A program made the position numbers and the translations under genes. Under the pieces are notes generated by a model. That model had not been told where the DNA came from, did no database searches, and saw nothing but the letters and a program-made list of their open reading frames with translations. Shown one piece after another: positions 18,776 to 29,300 of a stretch of 64,000 nt of DNA; position 1 is the first letter of the stretch; each line of letters begins with the position of its first letter. This DNA is from a virus: positions 1 through 64,000 of the IMG/VR virus record IMGVR_UViG_3300037483_000361. One strand, 5' to 3'.

Positions 18776-20754
18776 TACCGTCCTCCATACTTTATAATGC
18801 CGAGTATTTGATTGAGCGGCGCAAATGCACCTGTCAACTTGTAAATCTTTCCACCATACATAAATACAATGCCTTCGGTCGGAACCAGCTTATCTAGCCC
18901 GATTGCATTGATCTTAGACAACTGATCTCTGATTTTTCCCAACTGTTTGACATCAGTCGTATTGCGAAGTGTCGTTGTGGCCGCTTTCAGTTCTTTACGA
19001 AGTGATGCTGCTGCTTCGCCCGGAGAAACTGAAAGTAGTCCCTGTGCATTCTGTAGAATGTCCGCACCAAGCTGGAGAAAGATCAACTCAAACGGAGCAA
19101 TGTTCTTCTTGAATTGCTCTTCTTTGTTAGACTTGTCAAATTCTAATGCCCAATCAAGAAACTTTTTGGCGCGTATTTGGTTTTGTACTGACAGGCGTGC
19201 ATTGATTATCTGTTGCTTCATGTCATTGACAGAAAATGTGCCAGTTTGTTGAAACGCCCATCGTTTTAGTAATCCGGCTTTCACCGTGTTGGACATTGCG
19301 TACTTCATTCGAGTAGCTTGTGCATCAATGAAGCTCTCCCACCAATGCTGATGCCACATCATTACTGAATCGGCATCACTCAACCCAAACTGGTCTTGTA
19401 ATTTAGAAATACGACCGAAATAGTAACCCTTCCGGCGCGCGAAATTTTCTGAGCGAGGCAACTGAACCACCACCGGGCCGCCGAATGTAAACGTCTTCTG
19501 CACATTCTGATTTATTTGCCGGATCATGCCGTCAAGCATCCTGCCCGTATCAGGAATAACGTCGAGAGCATTACCCTCCCTGTCTGCCGAAAAAGCATTA
19601 TGGAATACTAACATATTCTGGCCATACGGTATGACATTTTGCGTTGCTGAGTAAATGATCTCAATAGACATCCACCGATTTCCCTGAGCGAACGACTTGT
19701 CTTTTTGTTTTGCTGACAACTTACTAATGGCCGTGTCAAGATCGGATGCTGCATAAGAGAATGCGTTAGACAGCTCGCCGCGTCCAGAAAACATTTGTGC
19801 AACCTGTTGAGAATTCATTGCATTCAAACCACCATCTTTCATGTGCGACTTGTTGCGAGCAAAAATGACACCTTTGTCATCACGCCAACTGACCGATATA
19901 TTCTGTCCATCCAACTTCTCGGTGACGGGCGACTCTACGTTGAGCTGACCGCTGAGGCCTAGTTCAACGATGCGCTTGAGGTCACCAAAAGTCAAGTTGA
20001 AGTCATCGAATGGGTGTGCCATATGACCTGCCGCGCCGCCTTCCCGAAGTAAGCTGCGTTGGCGATATCGTTCTACTAATACTCTGCTAATCATATCTAT
20101 GCCTTCTCCGACACCCGAATTGAGTTTTGATGTGATGAGTTCAAATACATGGGCATTCCACTTGCCATACAACTTCTTAAAGAGTGACTTCTTTGCATCC
20201 ACACTAGTATGCGGGTCACCAAAAACCGAACGAATTGCAGTGCCACTGATGTTCTTCCCCGCAACATCCATGTGAAATTCGGGTGCTACAATGTAATACC
20301 CTCGTTCCAAATAGCCGTCCAAATTTTTGTTACCCTTCCAGGGCGTATAATACTTTCCACCCAGGCGACCAACATCTTTAGAACCAAATGCAGTGACAAA
20401 TGCGGTGGTGTTCGAGTCAAACTTATTGAGAATCTCTTCCGGTGCAAATGGACTCTTGACTTGCTGAATCTTATCGGCAGGAATACCAAACATTTGGGAT
20501 ATGATGTCTCTTTTTTCACTAAACGAAAACGGTGAAGATGGTGGGCTTACTACGTCGCTCGTGCCAACATAGACATTGCCAGCACCAAACTTACTGACCA
20601 GCATCTTATAGATGGAATAATGCCCCATATGAAATGGTTGGAATCGACCAGCATAGACAGCAATGATTCGTTTATTGATCTTGCCCGCTTCAGTGACCAA
20701 CTTTGACGCAAGTGTGTTACCAACTTGATTCCCTACATCATATGGATTTTTCAT
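18775..20754 (-). CDS. HIGH-family nucleotidyltransferase fused to a DUF6267-like ligase-fold domain
   Basis: YAGRFQPFHMGH and ISGTAIR; then EGGAAGHMAHP, TEKLDG, EGIV and YKLTG. Confidence 0.75.
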   Translation of the reverse strand: MKNPYDVGNQVGNTLASKLVTEAGKINKRIIAVYAGRFQPFHMGHYSIYKMLVSKFGAGNVYVGTSDVVSPPSSPFSFSEKRDIISQMFGIPADKIQQVKSPFAPEEILNKFDSNTTAFVTAFGSKDVGRLGGKYYTPWKGNKNLDGYLERGYYIVAPEFHMDVAGKNISGTAIRSVFGDPHTSVDAKKSLFKKLYGKWNAHVFELITSKLNSGVGEGIDMISRVLVERYRQRSLLREGGAAGHMAHPFDDFNLTFGDLKRIVELGLSGQLNVESPVTEKLDGQNISVSWRDDKGVIFARNKSHMKDGGLNAMNSQQVAQMFSGRGELSNAFSYAASDLDTAISKLSAKQKDKSFAQGNRWMSIEIIYSATQNVIPYGQNMLVFHNAFSADREGNALDVIPDTGRMLDGMIRQINQNVQKTFTFGGPVVVQLPRSENFARRKGYYFGRISKLQDQFGLSDADSVMMWHQHWWESFIDAQATRMKYAMSNTVKAGLLKRWAFQQTGTFSVNDMKQQIINARLSVQNQIRAKKFLDWALEFDKSNKEEQFKKNIAPFELIFLQLGADILQNAQGLLSVSPGEAAASLRKELKAATTTLRNTTDVKQLGKIRDQLSKINAIGLDKLVPTEGIVFMYGGKIYKLTGAFAPLNQILGIIKYGGR

Positions 20755-21206
20755 GAAAATACTCCACGCGGAAACACTTGACCTTCCGTCGGAACTGCCG
20801 CAGCGGCGGCGCCGGAAATTATGGTGGTTAATGGAACTGGATATGCCAGTGCACCACTCACAGCAATCAACGATTGTGTTGGATGTCCTATCGTAAACAA
20901 AGAACACGATCCACTCCAATGAAACTTGTCACCACCAAAAATATTTCCTGATACGAACGAGCCGGTAAGTTCTTCAATAACCGAAAAATTGCCATCCAAT
21001 ATTGTCAATGACGTAAAGGTAGGCGGTATGAACGCACTCACCGATATAGACGCTGTACCAGCCAGGCCCGCTTGCGCAAAACTCGTTGAAACACTCGTAG
21101 AGACTGCTGCATAATACAAGTTGGTTAATGAAGTGACTTGAACGGTGGCTGATTCGCCTGTGTCATTGCCGGTATTGATTCCCCGTCTCACGTATCGTAT
21201 TAGCAT
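20751..21206 (-). CDS. Hypothetical virion/fibre-associated protein
   Basis: Translationally coupled within the fibre operon; Ser/Thr-rich. Confidence 0.45.
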   Translation of the reverse strand: MLIRYVRRGINTGNDTGESATVQVTSLTNLYYAAVSTSVSTSFAQAGLAGTASISVSAFIPPTFTSLTILDGNFSVIEELTGSFVSGNIFGGDKFHWSGSCSLFTIGHPTQSLIAVSGALAYPVPLTTIISGAAAAAVPTEGQVFPRGVFS

Positions 21207-22117
21207 TAATCTTGAAACCTTAAGCCAAGAGCTTGTGTGAGACCGTTAGTAAAGTCGGCTGCTGGGCGGAAGACGCTATCGTAGATACGAAACGGAATAA
21301 TCTGATCATTGAGATTGACAAAAATGTCTTTCCATTGCGAAAACTCGTTTTGCGTCATTGCTATGAGATTATATGATGTCTCCGTTGTTCTTTCACCATA
21401 GACAGTAAACATGCTAATAGGAATAACCGTGCCAGTCGAGCCCGATGCGGCGGCCGGGTTTCGAGTACCCATGATAGTGGACCATGTAGGAACCAACGTC
21501 TGGCCGCTGCCAGAATCAAGATACAAAACGGCTGCTTCCCGAACGCCGTTTCCGCCTAATACCGCAATCACACCTCGGCCATCAGAATTGCCACTTTCAT
21601 CATGCGTACGTTCGAGTGAAAACAGACAGCGAGAGTTTGCCAATGTCCACCACAAGGCACCCATTACAAATGAACCGTCGCCGCTCCACGAATGACTATG
21701 CGCCGTTGCAGTAGTTCCAGCAGTTCCAATGACAAACTCATCAATGAAAATACCTTTGCCTGCACCGGTTACATAAGTGTCCCCGAGAGAACCGGTATGG
21801 CGAATGGACCCCGACGCATGGCTAAATCCGATAATACAATAGATAGTCGGACGCGCGGTGGCTGCACCACTTCCATAATCCAACCGAAAATAAATGGGAG
21901 TTGTTGACTGTAATGCATCATTGAACGAATACAACTTAAATCCCGTTTTTTCATTGGTCGTTGCTGGTGCATCTACTGTCGCGAAATCTATGTCACCACT
22001 GACAGGAATATAAAGCATTCCACTGCCAGTGATTTGATTGTGAACGAACTCCGTCCACGCGCGAAAACTAGCCGAATCGGCATTAGTGCATAGAACCGAA
22101 CCCAACAATGCGGTCAT
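21206..22117 (-). CDS. Fibre-associated protein, paralog of 22119..23000
   Basis: Shares GFK.Y.FNDALQ...PIY.....G.G and FS.ER with its neighbour. Confidence 0.55.
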   Translation of the reverse strand: MTALLGSVLCTNADSASFRAWTEFVHNQITGSGMLYIPVSGDIDFATVDAPATTNEKTGFKLYSFNDALQSTTPIYFRLDYGSGAATARPTIYCIIGFSHASGSIRHTGSLGDTYVTGAGKGIFIDEFVIGTAGTTATAHSHSWSGDGSFVMGALWWTLANSRCLFSLERTHDESGNSDGRGVIAVLGGNGVREAAVLYLDSGSGQTLVPTWSTIMGTRNPAAASGSTGTVIPISMFTVYGERTTETSYNLIAMTQNEFSQWKDIFVNLNDQIIPFRIYDSVFRPAADFTNGLTQALGLRFQD

Positions 22118-22118
22118 G

Positions 22119-23000
22119 TTATGTCCATCGTATTAGTGCTATTGCAGTGCTTACACCCGCGACTGTTCCGGCACAATTTGGGGTAAGTTTAACGTAGGTA
22201 GCTCTAACACCCGGATATACTTCTATTGGAATAATATCCAAATCACGAAAGTTACTGTCTTGACTAACCAGGAATCCCAACATCGGGTTTTGGCTAAGTG
22301 CTGGAATCGGATACAGTGGCGATACAATTCCTCTACCATCTTGAGTATTCGGGTCTACTGATCCGATCATCGCGGGCCATATCGTCTCTGCCGTTGGAAT
22401 ACTTCCGGTTGCTGGCATTGTGAGAAACGCAAAGGTTGTGCGTGTCGTAGAATATGCAATAACGGCGCCGCCAGCATTATCAGTACCGTCTGCATTTTTG
22501 AATCGTTCAACAGAAAACGTAAAAGTGTTGGGTCCATCGGCTTGTGTTTCCAAGTTGCGAGTTGGTCCAGTGGCAGAGAGATAACTCCCAGAACCGCCCG
22601 TGAAGAACTGGCAAGCGTTAGTTGTAGTTGCGGCATTTGTTAGCTGTTTTCTAGACATGAATGGTAAGCTGCCAGTGACATTGGAAACGCCGTCGAACGT
22701 CGTGCCAACCGATAACCATATACCGGGGGTAGCGGCGGTGACGCCCGTGCCCCATTCTATCTTGAGATAAATGGGCAAGGATGCTTGCAGAGCATCGTTG
22801 AATTCATAGACTTTGAACCCCGAGGCAGAGTTTGCCGCTGGCGGGGCAGGCAATGTGCTGAAGTCAGAAATGGCAGCAGACGCCGATGAGTCGGTCAAGC
22901 CTACCATAAGAATAGACTCGTGCATTTTTCGTGCCCACTGATTGAGGTCAGCAGCCACCACGATTTGAGCAGTTGCTACATAACTCGTGCCAATTCCCAT
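22119..23000 (-). CDS. Fibre-associated protein, paralog of 21206..22117
   Basis: Same shared motifs as 21206..22117. Confidence 0.55.
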   Translation of the reverse strand: MGIGTSYVATAQIVVAADLNQWARKMHESILMVGLTDSSASAAISDFSTLPAPPAANSASGFKVYEFNDALQASLPIYLKIEWGTGVTAATPGIWLSVGTTFDGVSNVTGSLPFMSRKQLTNAATTTNACQFFTGGSGSYLSATGPTRNLETQADGPNTFTFSVERFKNADGTDNAGGAVIAYSTTRTTFAFLTMPATGSIPTAETIWPAMIGSVDPNTQDGRGIVSPLYPIPALSQNPMLGFLVSQDSNFRDLDIIPIEVYPGVRATYVKLTPNCAGTVAGVSTAIALIRWT

Positions 23001-23003
23001 AGG

Positions 23004-23249
23004 TTATTTCTCTTGCGTCGGAACTACTGCAGTAACTAGCAATTCCTGTGTTTTCGGGTCCATTTGTACTTCCGATCTTTCTGTTATACCATGCGCGTCA
23101 AACACCAATGATTGAATTTGAGTTAGGTGCGTTCGAGCAGCATCCAGTTGAGAATTGATCCCATCAAAACGAAGTTGTGCGTCAATAAGCAATCGAAATT
23201 GAACTTCACTCAACTTATATCGGGTAATTACTTTTGCTGTTTCACTCAT
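23004..23249 (-). CDS. Small coiled-coil protein (possible fibre chaperone)
   Basis: GGGAG RBS; upstream TATGTATA at 23288-23295. Confidence 0.45.
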   Translation of the reverse strand: MSETAKVITRYKLSEVQFRLLIDAQLRFDGINSQLDAARTHLTQIQSLVFDAHGITERSEVQMDPKTQELLVTAVVPTQEK

Positions 23250-23316
23250 AAAACTACTCCCTTTGTTAGTAACGATTATGCTACCTCTATACATATCCAA
23301 TGCTGACGCAAATGTC

Positions 23317-23535
23317 CTATGATGCGCCGGATGGTTCCGTTGCGGTCATTTCGCTCTTAAAGCGTAACCACAATGCAGCAACCGTAATCCGTGTATGCCT
23401 ATCCTCAAGGTCGGCATCTATAATACAATGACCATTCGGATTACGCCAACTTCCATCAGAACCTAATGTATATCCTAATTTTCCGAGAACGATTCGTGCT
23501 CGTTCGGCACATCTACATCCCATTAGACGGTGCAC
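23317..23535 (-). CDS. Hypothetical protein
   Basis: Fills the operon gap on the coding strand; start uncertain. Confidence 0.35.
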   Translation of the reverse strand: MHRLMGCRCAERARIVLGKLGYTLGSDGSWRNPNGHCIIDADLEDRHTRITVAALWLRFKSEMTATEPSGAS

Positions 23536-24029
23536 TCGCCAACAATTTCGGTGGACAAGATATTGGTAAATTTCGCGGACACTATGCCGCTGTCGCTGGT
23601 GCGAATGATCTTGACGAGCGCTCTATAATAGCGTTGCGTTTCTCCGGCATCAAAATAAAATCCTTCCCACGTATCTGCATAAGGACTACTTGCAAGAGCG
23701 AGCCCGGTTGCTACGCTAGACACCGATGGTGGCGTGCTCAAATCAAACCCCGCATCAATGCTAATAGTGTAGCCAGCAGAAGAATTGGCTATAGTCCATT
23801 CCACACTGAAAATATAGGGATCAATACAGTTACCACCAGACTGCGTACCTTGTTGAGAGACGGACGCGACGGCGGTCACCAGTGACGGTTCCACTCCTCC
23901 AAAGAACTGGCGCCATTCCTCTACATCACGGACCCATGCGGCCGATCCAGTGCGCCAGACATTGGCGTCCCGAACGAAAAGCGCACTGCCAGTGCGCCAC
24001 GTCTCTGCATCACGAGCATAGAAAGTCAT
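23523..24029 (-). CDS. Putative fibre-tip adhesin
   Basis: Three N-terminal xVRDxxxWR repeats, typical of adhesin attachment domains; follows a fibre ending GTIWVKY. Confidence 0.55.
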   Translation of the reverse strand: MTFYARDAETWRTGSALFVRDANVWRTGSAAWVRDVEEWRQFFGGVEPSLVTAVASVSQQGTQSGGNCIDPYIFSVEWTIANSSAGYTISIDAGFDLSTPPSVSSVATGLALASSPYADTWEGFYFDAGETQRYYRALVKIIRTSDSGIVSAKFTNILSTEIVGECTV

Positions 24030-24032
24030 ATC

Positions 24033-26276
24033 TTAGTATTTCACCCAGATCGTTCCTTGTGGGTAATCTTCTGTTGCAGGATTGCTGGTGCTGACGACCA
24101 CGCCGGCAAGTGCAGACTTCAACGTTGACCCATCGTCCAAGGAGCCGGTCACTCCACCCGTTCCCAAGAATCGAAACGGGAGATCGCTGGTAGATGGTGC
24201 TTCCAGTGTTCCGGCCGTCACTCGGCGTACTGCAAGATCGATACTGCTGGTGTAGCGGAGTTCCGGAGCGAGGCCACTCTGTTTGACTAATCCGGCTCGA
24301 CGCAGGCTGCTGGCGTCCCACACAAAGGCGTTGCCTTCTCCGTTCATTGTGATGCCGCCGCCACCAACTCGCAAGAGACCTGCGCCCGGGTCAGTGCCGA
24401 CGATGACCGCACCGGTCGTAGTATCCACAGACAACCCGATTGCGGTTTCACCTTGCCTCTGCAATCGGACGAATCCACCGGTGTCTCGGGTGATTGCAAT
24501 ATCTCGACCAGCGTTGTAAATCGTATTGCCAGTGTCTTCACCACTGATGCGCAGGCCATCTATGAGTGCATAGTTGAGTATTCCGTCCACCGCGCCCATG
24601 CGCAACCCCTCATCACCATTTGCGACCGCGCCGATGCGAAGTGACGCTGCGCCCCCAGGATCACTGCCGATGACGACTGCACCGTTGGGGAACGCAACGG
24701 TAGGAACGGTAAAACCTGATCGCGTGATTGTGATCCAGTTGTTAGCGTTGTTGTCGGCATCATTGACCGCGCGGCCTTGCAGCTGCGTAGCAGTCAGTAA
24801 CCAATCCCATACCTTTTCATCTGTTCCTGCGTTGAGCTTGGTCTGTGTGATCTTGGCGTCGGCCGTGCTGCCAATACGTATCTCGCCGCCCACTCGCAAG
24901 AAACCACTGCCGCCTGGGTCGCTTCCAATAACAAGCGGGCCCACCAGTATATCTACTTTACCAACAGAGCTTATATTAAACGCCTTAAGTGGAACATCCG
25001 TGTTGCCAACAATGATCTTGAAGCTATTGAGGTTCGTGCCTGCATCACTACCACTGATGTAGCCAACCAGACGAACAACTCGGGTATCCGTGACTGTGCG
25101 AAACTCAACAGCGCCCATCTCTCGGTCTTGAGCGTTTGATCCTGCGGTCAATCCTATATTCGCGATAATAAGTTGCTTGTAAGGGCCAAGATCGGTGTTC
25201 TGCGACATGGAAACTGCGCCATCAAAAAACGCGCCGCCACCAATGCGCAACGGTTCCGGGCCGCCTGGATCGGTACCGGCGATAATGGCGGCCGTGCCAT
25301 AGAGTCGGAGCGCTCGAAAGTTGGCGTAGTTTGAGGCGTCACCGGTGATGACTTCCAATGCTGTCGGCGAGCCGGCGCTGTCACGGAGTCGGAAGTCAGT
25401 AGACGACGTACCAAAGTAAATGTTCTTGCCGTTCCCAAGGTTGATGTCGCCACCAACACGTAATGCCTGATTACTACCCGGGTCAGTGCCGACGATGACC
25501 GCACCGGTCGTAGTATCCACAGACAACCCGATTGCGGTTTCACCTTGCCTCTGCAACCGAATAAATCCGCCAGTGTCTCGGGTGATAGCAATATCGCGCG
25601 TTGCGTTGTAAATCGTATTGCCAGTGTCTTCGCCACTGATGCGTAGGCCGTCGAGGAGTGCATAGTTGATGTTTCCATCGACGTTGCCCATATGCAGCCC
25701 TTCTGCTGCATCTGCAACCGCGCTGATGCGAAGCAGGGCGGCGCCGCCAGGGTCCGCACCGACAACGAATGTCGGTGATGCAGCAGATGCGGTTGCTGCG
25801 TAGGATGCGGACGTGACTGCGGTCGTTGCTGTAAATGATGCGGTAGTTGCAAATGACGCCGTTGTCGCGAACGATGCCGTGGCAGGGACAAATGTGATGC
25901 TGTCGGCGGCACTTGCAGTGACCGCAAATGATGCCGTCTCTGCAAATGACGCAGAAGTAATGGTTCCAGAAACAGCGTCAGCGACTTCTGCGTGCGAAGC
26001 AGATATTGCAAATGATGCGGTTGCGGGTGTAAAAGTGATACTATCTGCCGCACTAGCAGTGACCGCAAAGGACGCCGTGGCGGGTGTGAAGGTGATGCTG
26101 TCTGCCGCACTTGCGGTAGTTGCGAACGATGCCGTGGTCGCAAAGGATGCAGTCAAGGCATACGACGTGCTGACCGCTACAGACGAGGTGCCGGCGATTT
26201 GCCCTGTGAAACTACCCGAAAAACTACCAGTAGCCTCCATGCCTTCTTGAGTAATAGAGCTCTTTCTAAATGTCAT
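24033..26276 (-). CDS. Modular tail fibre
   Basis: TASFA repeats, six G[AST]DPG..LR[IV] linkers and an internal duplicated module. Confidence 0.75.
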   Translation of the reverse strand: MTFRKSSITQEGMEATGSFSGSFTGQIAGTSSVAVSTSYALTASFATTASFATTASAADSITFTPATASFAVTASAADSITFTPATASFAISASHAEVADAVSGTITSASFAETASFAVTASAADSITFVPATASFATTASFATTASFTATTAVTSASYAATASAASPTFVVGADPGGAALLRISAVADAAEGLHMGNVDGNINYALLDGLRISGEDTGNTIYNATRDIAITRDTGGFIRLQRQGETAIGLSVDTTTGAVIVGTDPGSNQALRVGGDINLGNGKNIYFGTSSTDFRLRDSAGSPTALEVITGDASNYANFRALRLYGTAAIIAGTDPGGPEPLRIGGGAFFDGAVSMSQNTDLGPYKQLIIANIGLTAGSNAQDREMGAVEFRTVTDTRVVRLVGYISGSDAGTNLNSFKIIVGNTDVPLKAFNISSVGKVDILVGPLVIGSDPGGSGFLRVGGEIRIGSTADAKITQTKLNAGTDEKVWDWLLTATQLQGRAVNDADNNANNWITITRSGFTVPTVAFPNGAVVIGSDPGGAASLRIGAVANGDEGLRMGAVDGILNYALIDGLRISGEDTGNTIYNAGRDIAITRDTGGFVRLQRQGETAIGLSVDTTTGAVIVGTDPGAGLLRVGGGGITMNGEGNAFVWDASSLRRAGLVKQSGLAPELRYTSSIDLAVRRVTAGTLEAPSTSDLPFRFLGTGGVTGSLDDGSTLKSALAGVVVSTSNPATEDYPQGTIWVKY
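24385..25556. repeat. 80-bp perfect direct repeat (24385-24464 = 25477-25556) within a longer duplication
   Basis: Direct sequence comparison; the copies are 1092 bp apart and in frame. Confidence 0.9.
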
Positions 26277-26301
26277 ACCGTCTATACATATCCCGTCTTA
26301 A

Positions 26302-26365
26302 GGGGTTGATATGGTGTCAACCTTCTAAAGTTGACAGGACGAATGTCAACCTCATGGGGTTGACA
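26302..26365. repeat. Tandem palindromes TGTCAAC-N8-GTTGACA (two copies) plus a half-site
   Basis: Copies at 26315-26336 and 26344-26365; GTTGATA at 26305-26311. Confidence 0.85.
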
Positions 26366-26374
26366 CGACCACAG

Positions 26375-29300
26375 TTAAACAATGAACCAAACAGAAGACG
26401 AAGGTTGAAGCGTGACGCCCTCATACTGATCCACCAGGGAAAACGATGGGTCACCAATAAGCGTTTCCGATCCCGATGGCACCACATCCACAAAGTTTGC
26501 TCCTGCGTCTATCTTGATAATATTGACCACCTTTGATGCCGGCCCTCGCATGAAGTCAGCTATTGCCGGCAGTGTAACCTTATACGGAGACGAACCACTG
26601 CTTGCGTCAATAAGAACCGTAAAGTCATCAAAGGATACGGCGTATGGATTGACATCCACCGTGATGATTGGGTGGTGTGCTGTGAACAGGTCCGGGTCTG
26701 CGAACGATGCGGTGTCGGCGTTTGATGCTGTCAGCGCAGTGACTGCACTGGTTGCGAGGTCTGCCGAGGCGGCGGTCTGCGCGTGGGACGCACTCACTGC
26801 GAAGCTGGATGTGACGGCGTAGGATGCGCTCAACACCGAAGAGGCAGACACTGCATAGGATGCCGTCACTGCCAACGATGCGGTTATTGCAAAGGACGCG
26901 GTTGCTGGAGTGAAAGTAATGCTCGTTGCGGCACTTGCTGTTTCTGCGAATGACGCACTCTGCGCAAACGATGCGGTCACTGCAAACGATGCGGTGGCAG
27001 GAACGAATGTGATACTGGTCGCTGCCGATGCGGTCACTGCAAAGGAAGCGCTTTCAGCAAACGAGGACGTCGTTGCATAAGACGAACTTGGGATTGATGG
27101 TCCGGCAAAGAACGAACACGTCAAAGCATATGACGCACTCTCAATAAGACTGGCGGAAAGTGCATTTGCCTCAAGCGGAAGTATCGTAAACGACAAGCTG
27201 TGAGTTGCTGCTACTCCGCTAAGGTCATTGATCGTGTAGGAAATCTGCCCATCGGGCGTTGGTTGAGCATCTACACCAATGACATATGGAGCTAGGTTGT
27301 AGACGAGGAAGTTCGGCGAACCTGACAACACCAAGTCAACAATGACTCCGTGCTCCAACACCGGATCGACGCCAATTGAGCGCGTCAAGTCCGTGTTGCG
27401 GAAACTCGCACTTGAGTAGAGGCGGACGCGCGACTCAACACTGCTGGACACCCGATAGAGAATGAAACCCTTGCTCAGACTGAACGAGCCGGTCTGAACA
27501 GAACCACTTGCAATGCCGTTAGTGACCAGTGGAATGTCGCCGCGAAGAGAAGTTCCTACGATCAGGAACGTGCCGCCGCTGCCTCCACCATTGAGCGCAA
27601 ACGATGCGGTCTCCGCAAACGATGCGGTCACTGCATATGACGATGATGCGTTTGAGCCCGACGAACTGAGGCCGGTCCAACCAATACCATTTGGTAGATA
27701 CCAATACGGTCCCGAACCAGATATCCATATGTTATCCCCCTCGGAGCCGGATTCAATGGGCGGAACCAACGTTGCGGGACCGGGTGCATAACTCAAATGC
27801 GGTTCGTGGCCGCCTGACGAGAACAATCGTAGATTGCGATGTGTTAACAAACCGGGGTCACCGCCCGCGGAAGATATCCAGGTTATACCTGTAGTCGTGC
27901 TACCAGAGATAGATGCAGTGCTTGCTCCAGATAGAGTGTCTCCGGTACGTGCCTGTTGGACACGAAGTCGGAATTCAACATAGGAGGGCGGCCCGGCCAC
28001 GGTGACTGTATCGGCAAAATTTTGTGTTTCGTCGGGACTATAACCGAAGGTATTTGCGTTTGAAAATGGTAATTCTATTCGTATCCACGAAACATCAATG
28101 AGATCATCTACTAGACCCGAGTCGGTGATCACTCCAACTCGAAGATCGTTGTAATTAGCAATCGATGAAGTTATTGTAAATTCATCCGTCTGATACCCGG
28201 GGACTGGGCTAATTCCCCAACTTTCTTTAAACGTAGTACCTTCGTAAAGAATGAGTGCAGTATCGCCGACCAGAACATCGGTGCCGCCCACAATATCAAT
28301 CTGATGTCGTACTCTAATTTTGCGATTTAATCCCGTCGGCGTATTAACTGGATTGGTCATGCCTACAATGAATGTATCCGCTGGGTCGCCACTAGAAACG
28401 AAATCAACATCACTTGGAGATACTTCATCAAGCGCTTCCCAAAGCGTTGCTTCTGTTGATGTCCATAAATTTCCCGCCGAAATATCAGAATCAGGAAACA
28501 AAAAGTCTGATCCCGTCGCCAGCGCATCAAATGCATGAGTAATTGTATGCGTCTTTACGTTCGTCCAACTTCCGGTGTCAGCAACACGATAATCAAGATA
28601 TCCAGTAGCAACAACACTTGAAAACTTGCCAATTTCTTTTACCATGTCGCTTGTATTGAGTCGCAGTGCATATCGGACGGTATACTGATCATCGATAGCA
28701 TCAACACTGGTTGATCCAGTCAAACTATTGAACGCAGGATCAGAACCTTCCGTAGTCCCATTAATCGTCAGAATGACTTGATCAGCTACTTTATTCCAGA
28801 ACGTATCTTGCTCGTTGGTCGTGCTAGACCCAGACTGTGTTCCTGCAAAGACCGAAAATGATTTAATAGTCAATATCGGATTATCAGAGTCAAGACTTCC
28901 ACTAGCGTAAATGAACAGGTCGCCACCGTCCATTTTCAATCTATTATCTATAGTGTTCCATACGTTATCAGTAGCAACGAGCAATGACCGCACTGCCAAC
29001 TGCGTGTTGATGTGAGCATCAGTCGAAACCACAAGAGTTGATGCGTTGACATTACCTTGGAGGGTAACATCACCGTCGGCGGTAGCTTGGATTGCACCAC
29101 CGGATGTCTGCAAAAATACCTGCGATCCGGTTGCTGCCATGTTGATGAAGTTGTTCCAGCCTTGCCAAAATGATCCAGTCGAAAATTGAATACCCGCATC
29201 ATCCACTATATTATGAATGATACCAGCGGTCAATTCGCCCATATCTGCGGTAATAGCGCTCAATACATCTACATCAAGCTTATCAGCAGTGATCGAATTA

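Noticed and set aside
24385-25770. Possible diversity-generating retroelement TR/VR pair
   Set aside because: Both copies lie in frame in one gene, differences are mostly synonymous rather than adenine-specific, and no reverse transcriptase is in the window.
26302-26365. Possible mini-CRISPR array
   Set aside because: Units are short palindromes with 7-8 bp gaps, there are no spacer-length unique sequences, and no cas genes are present.
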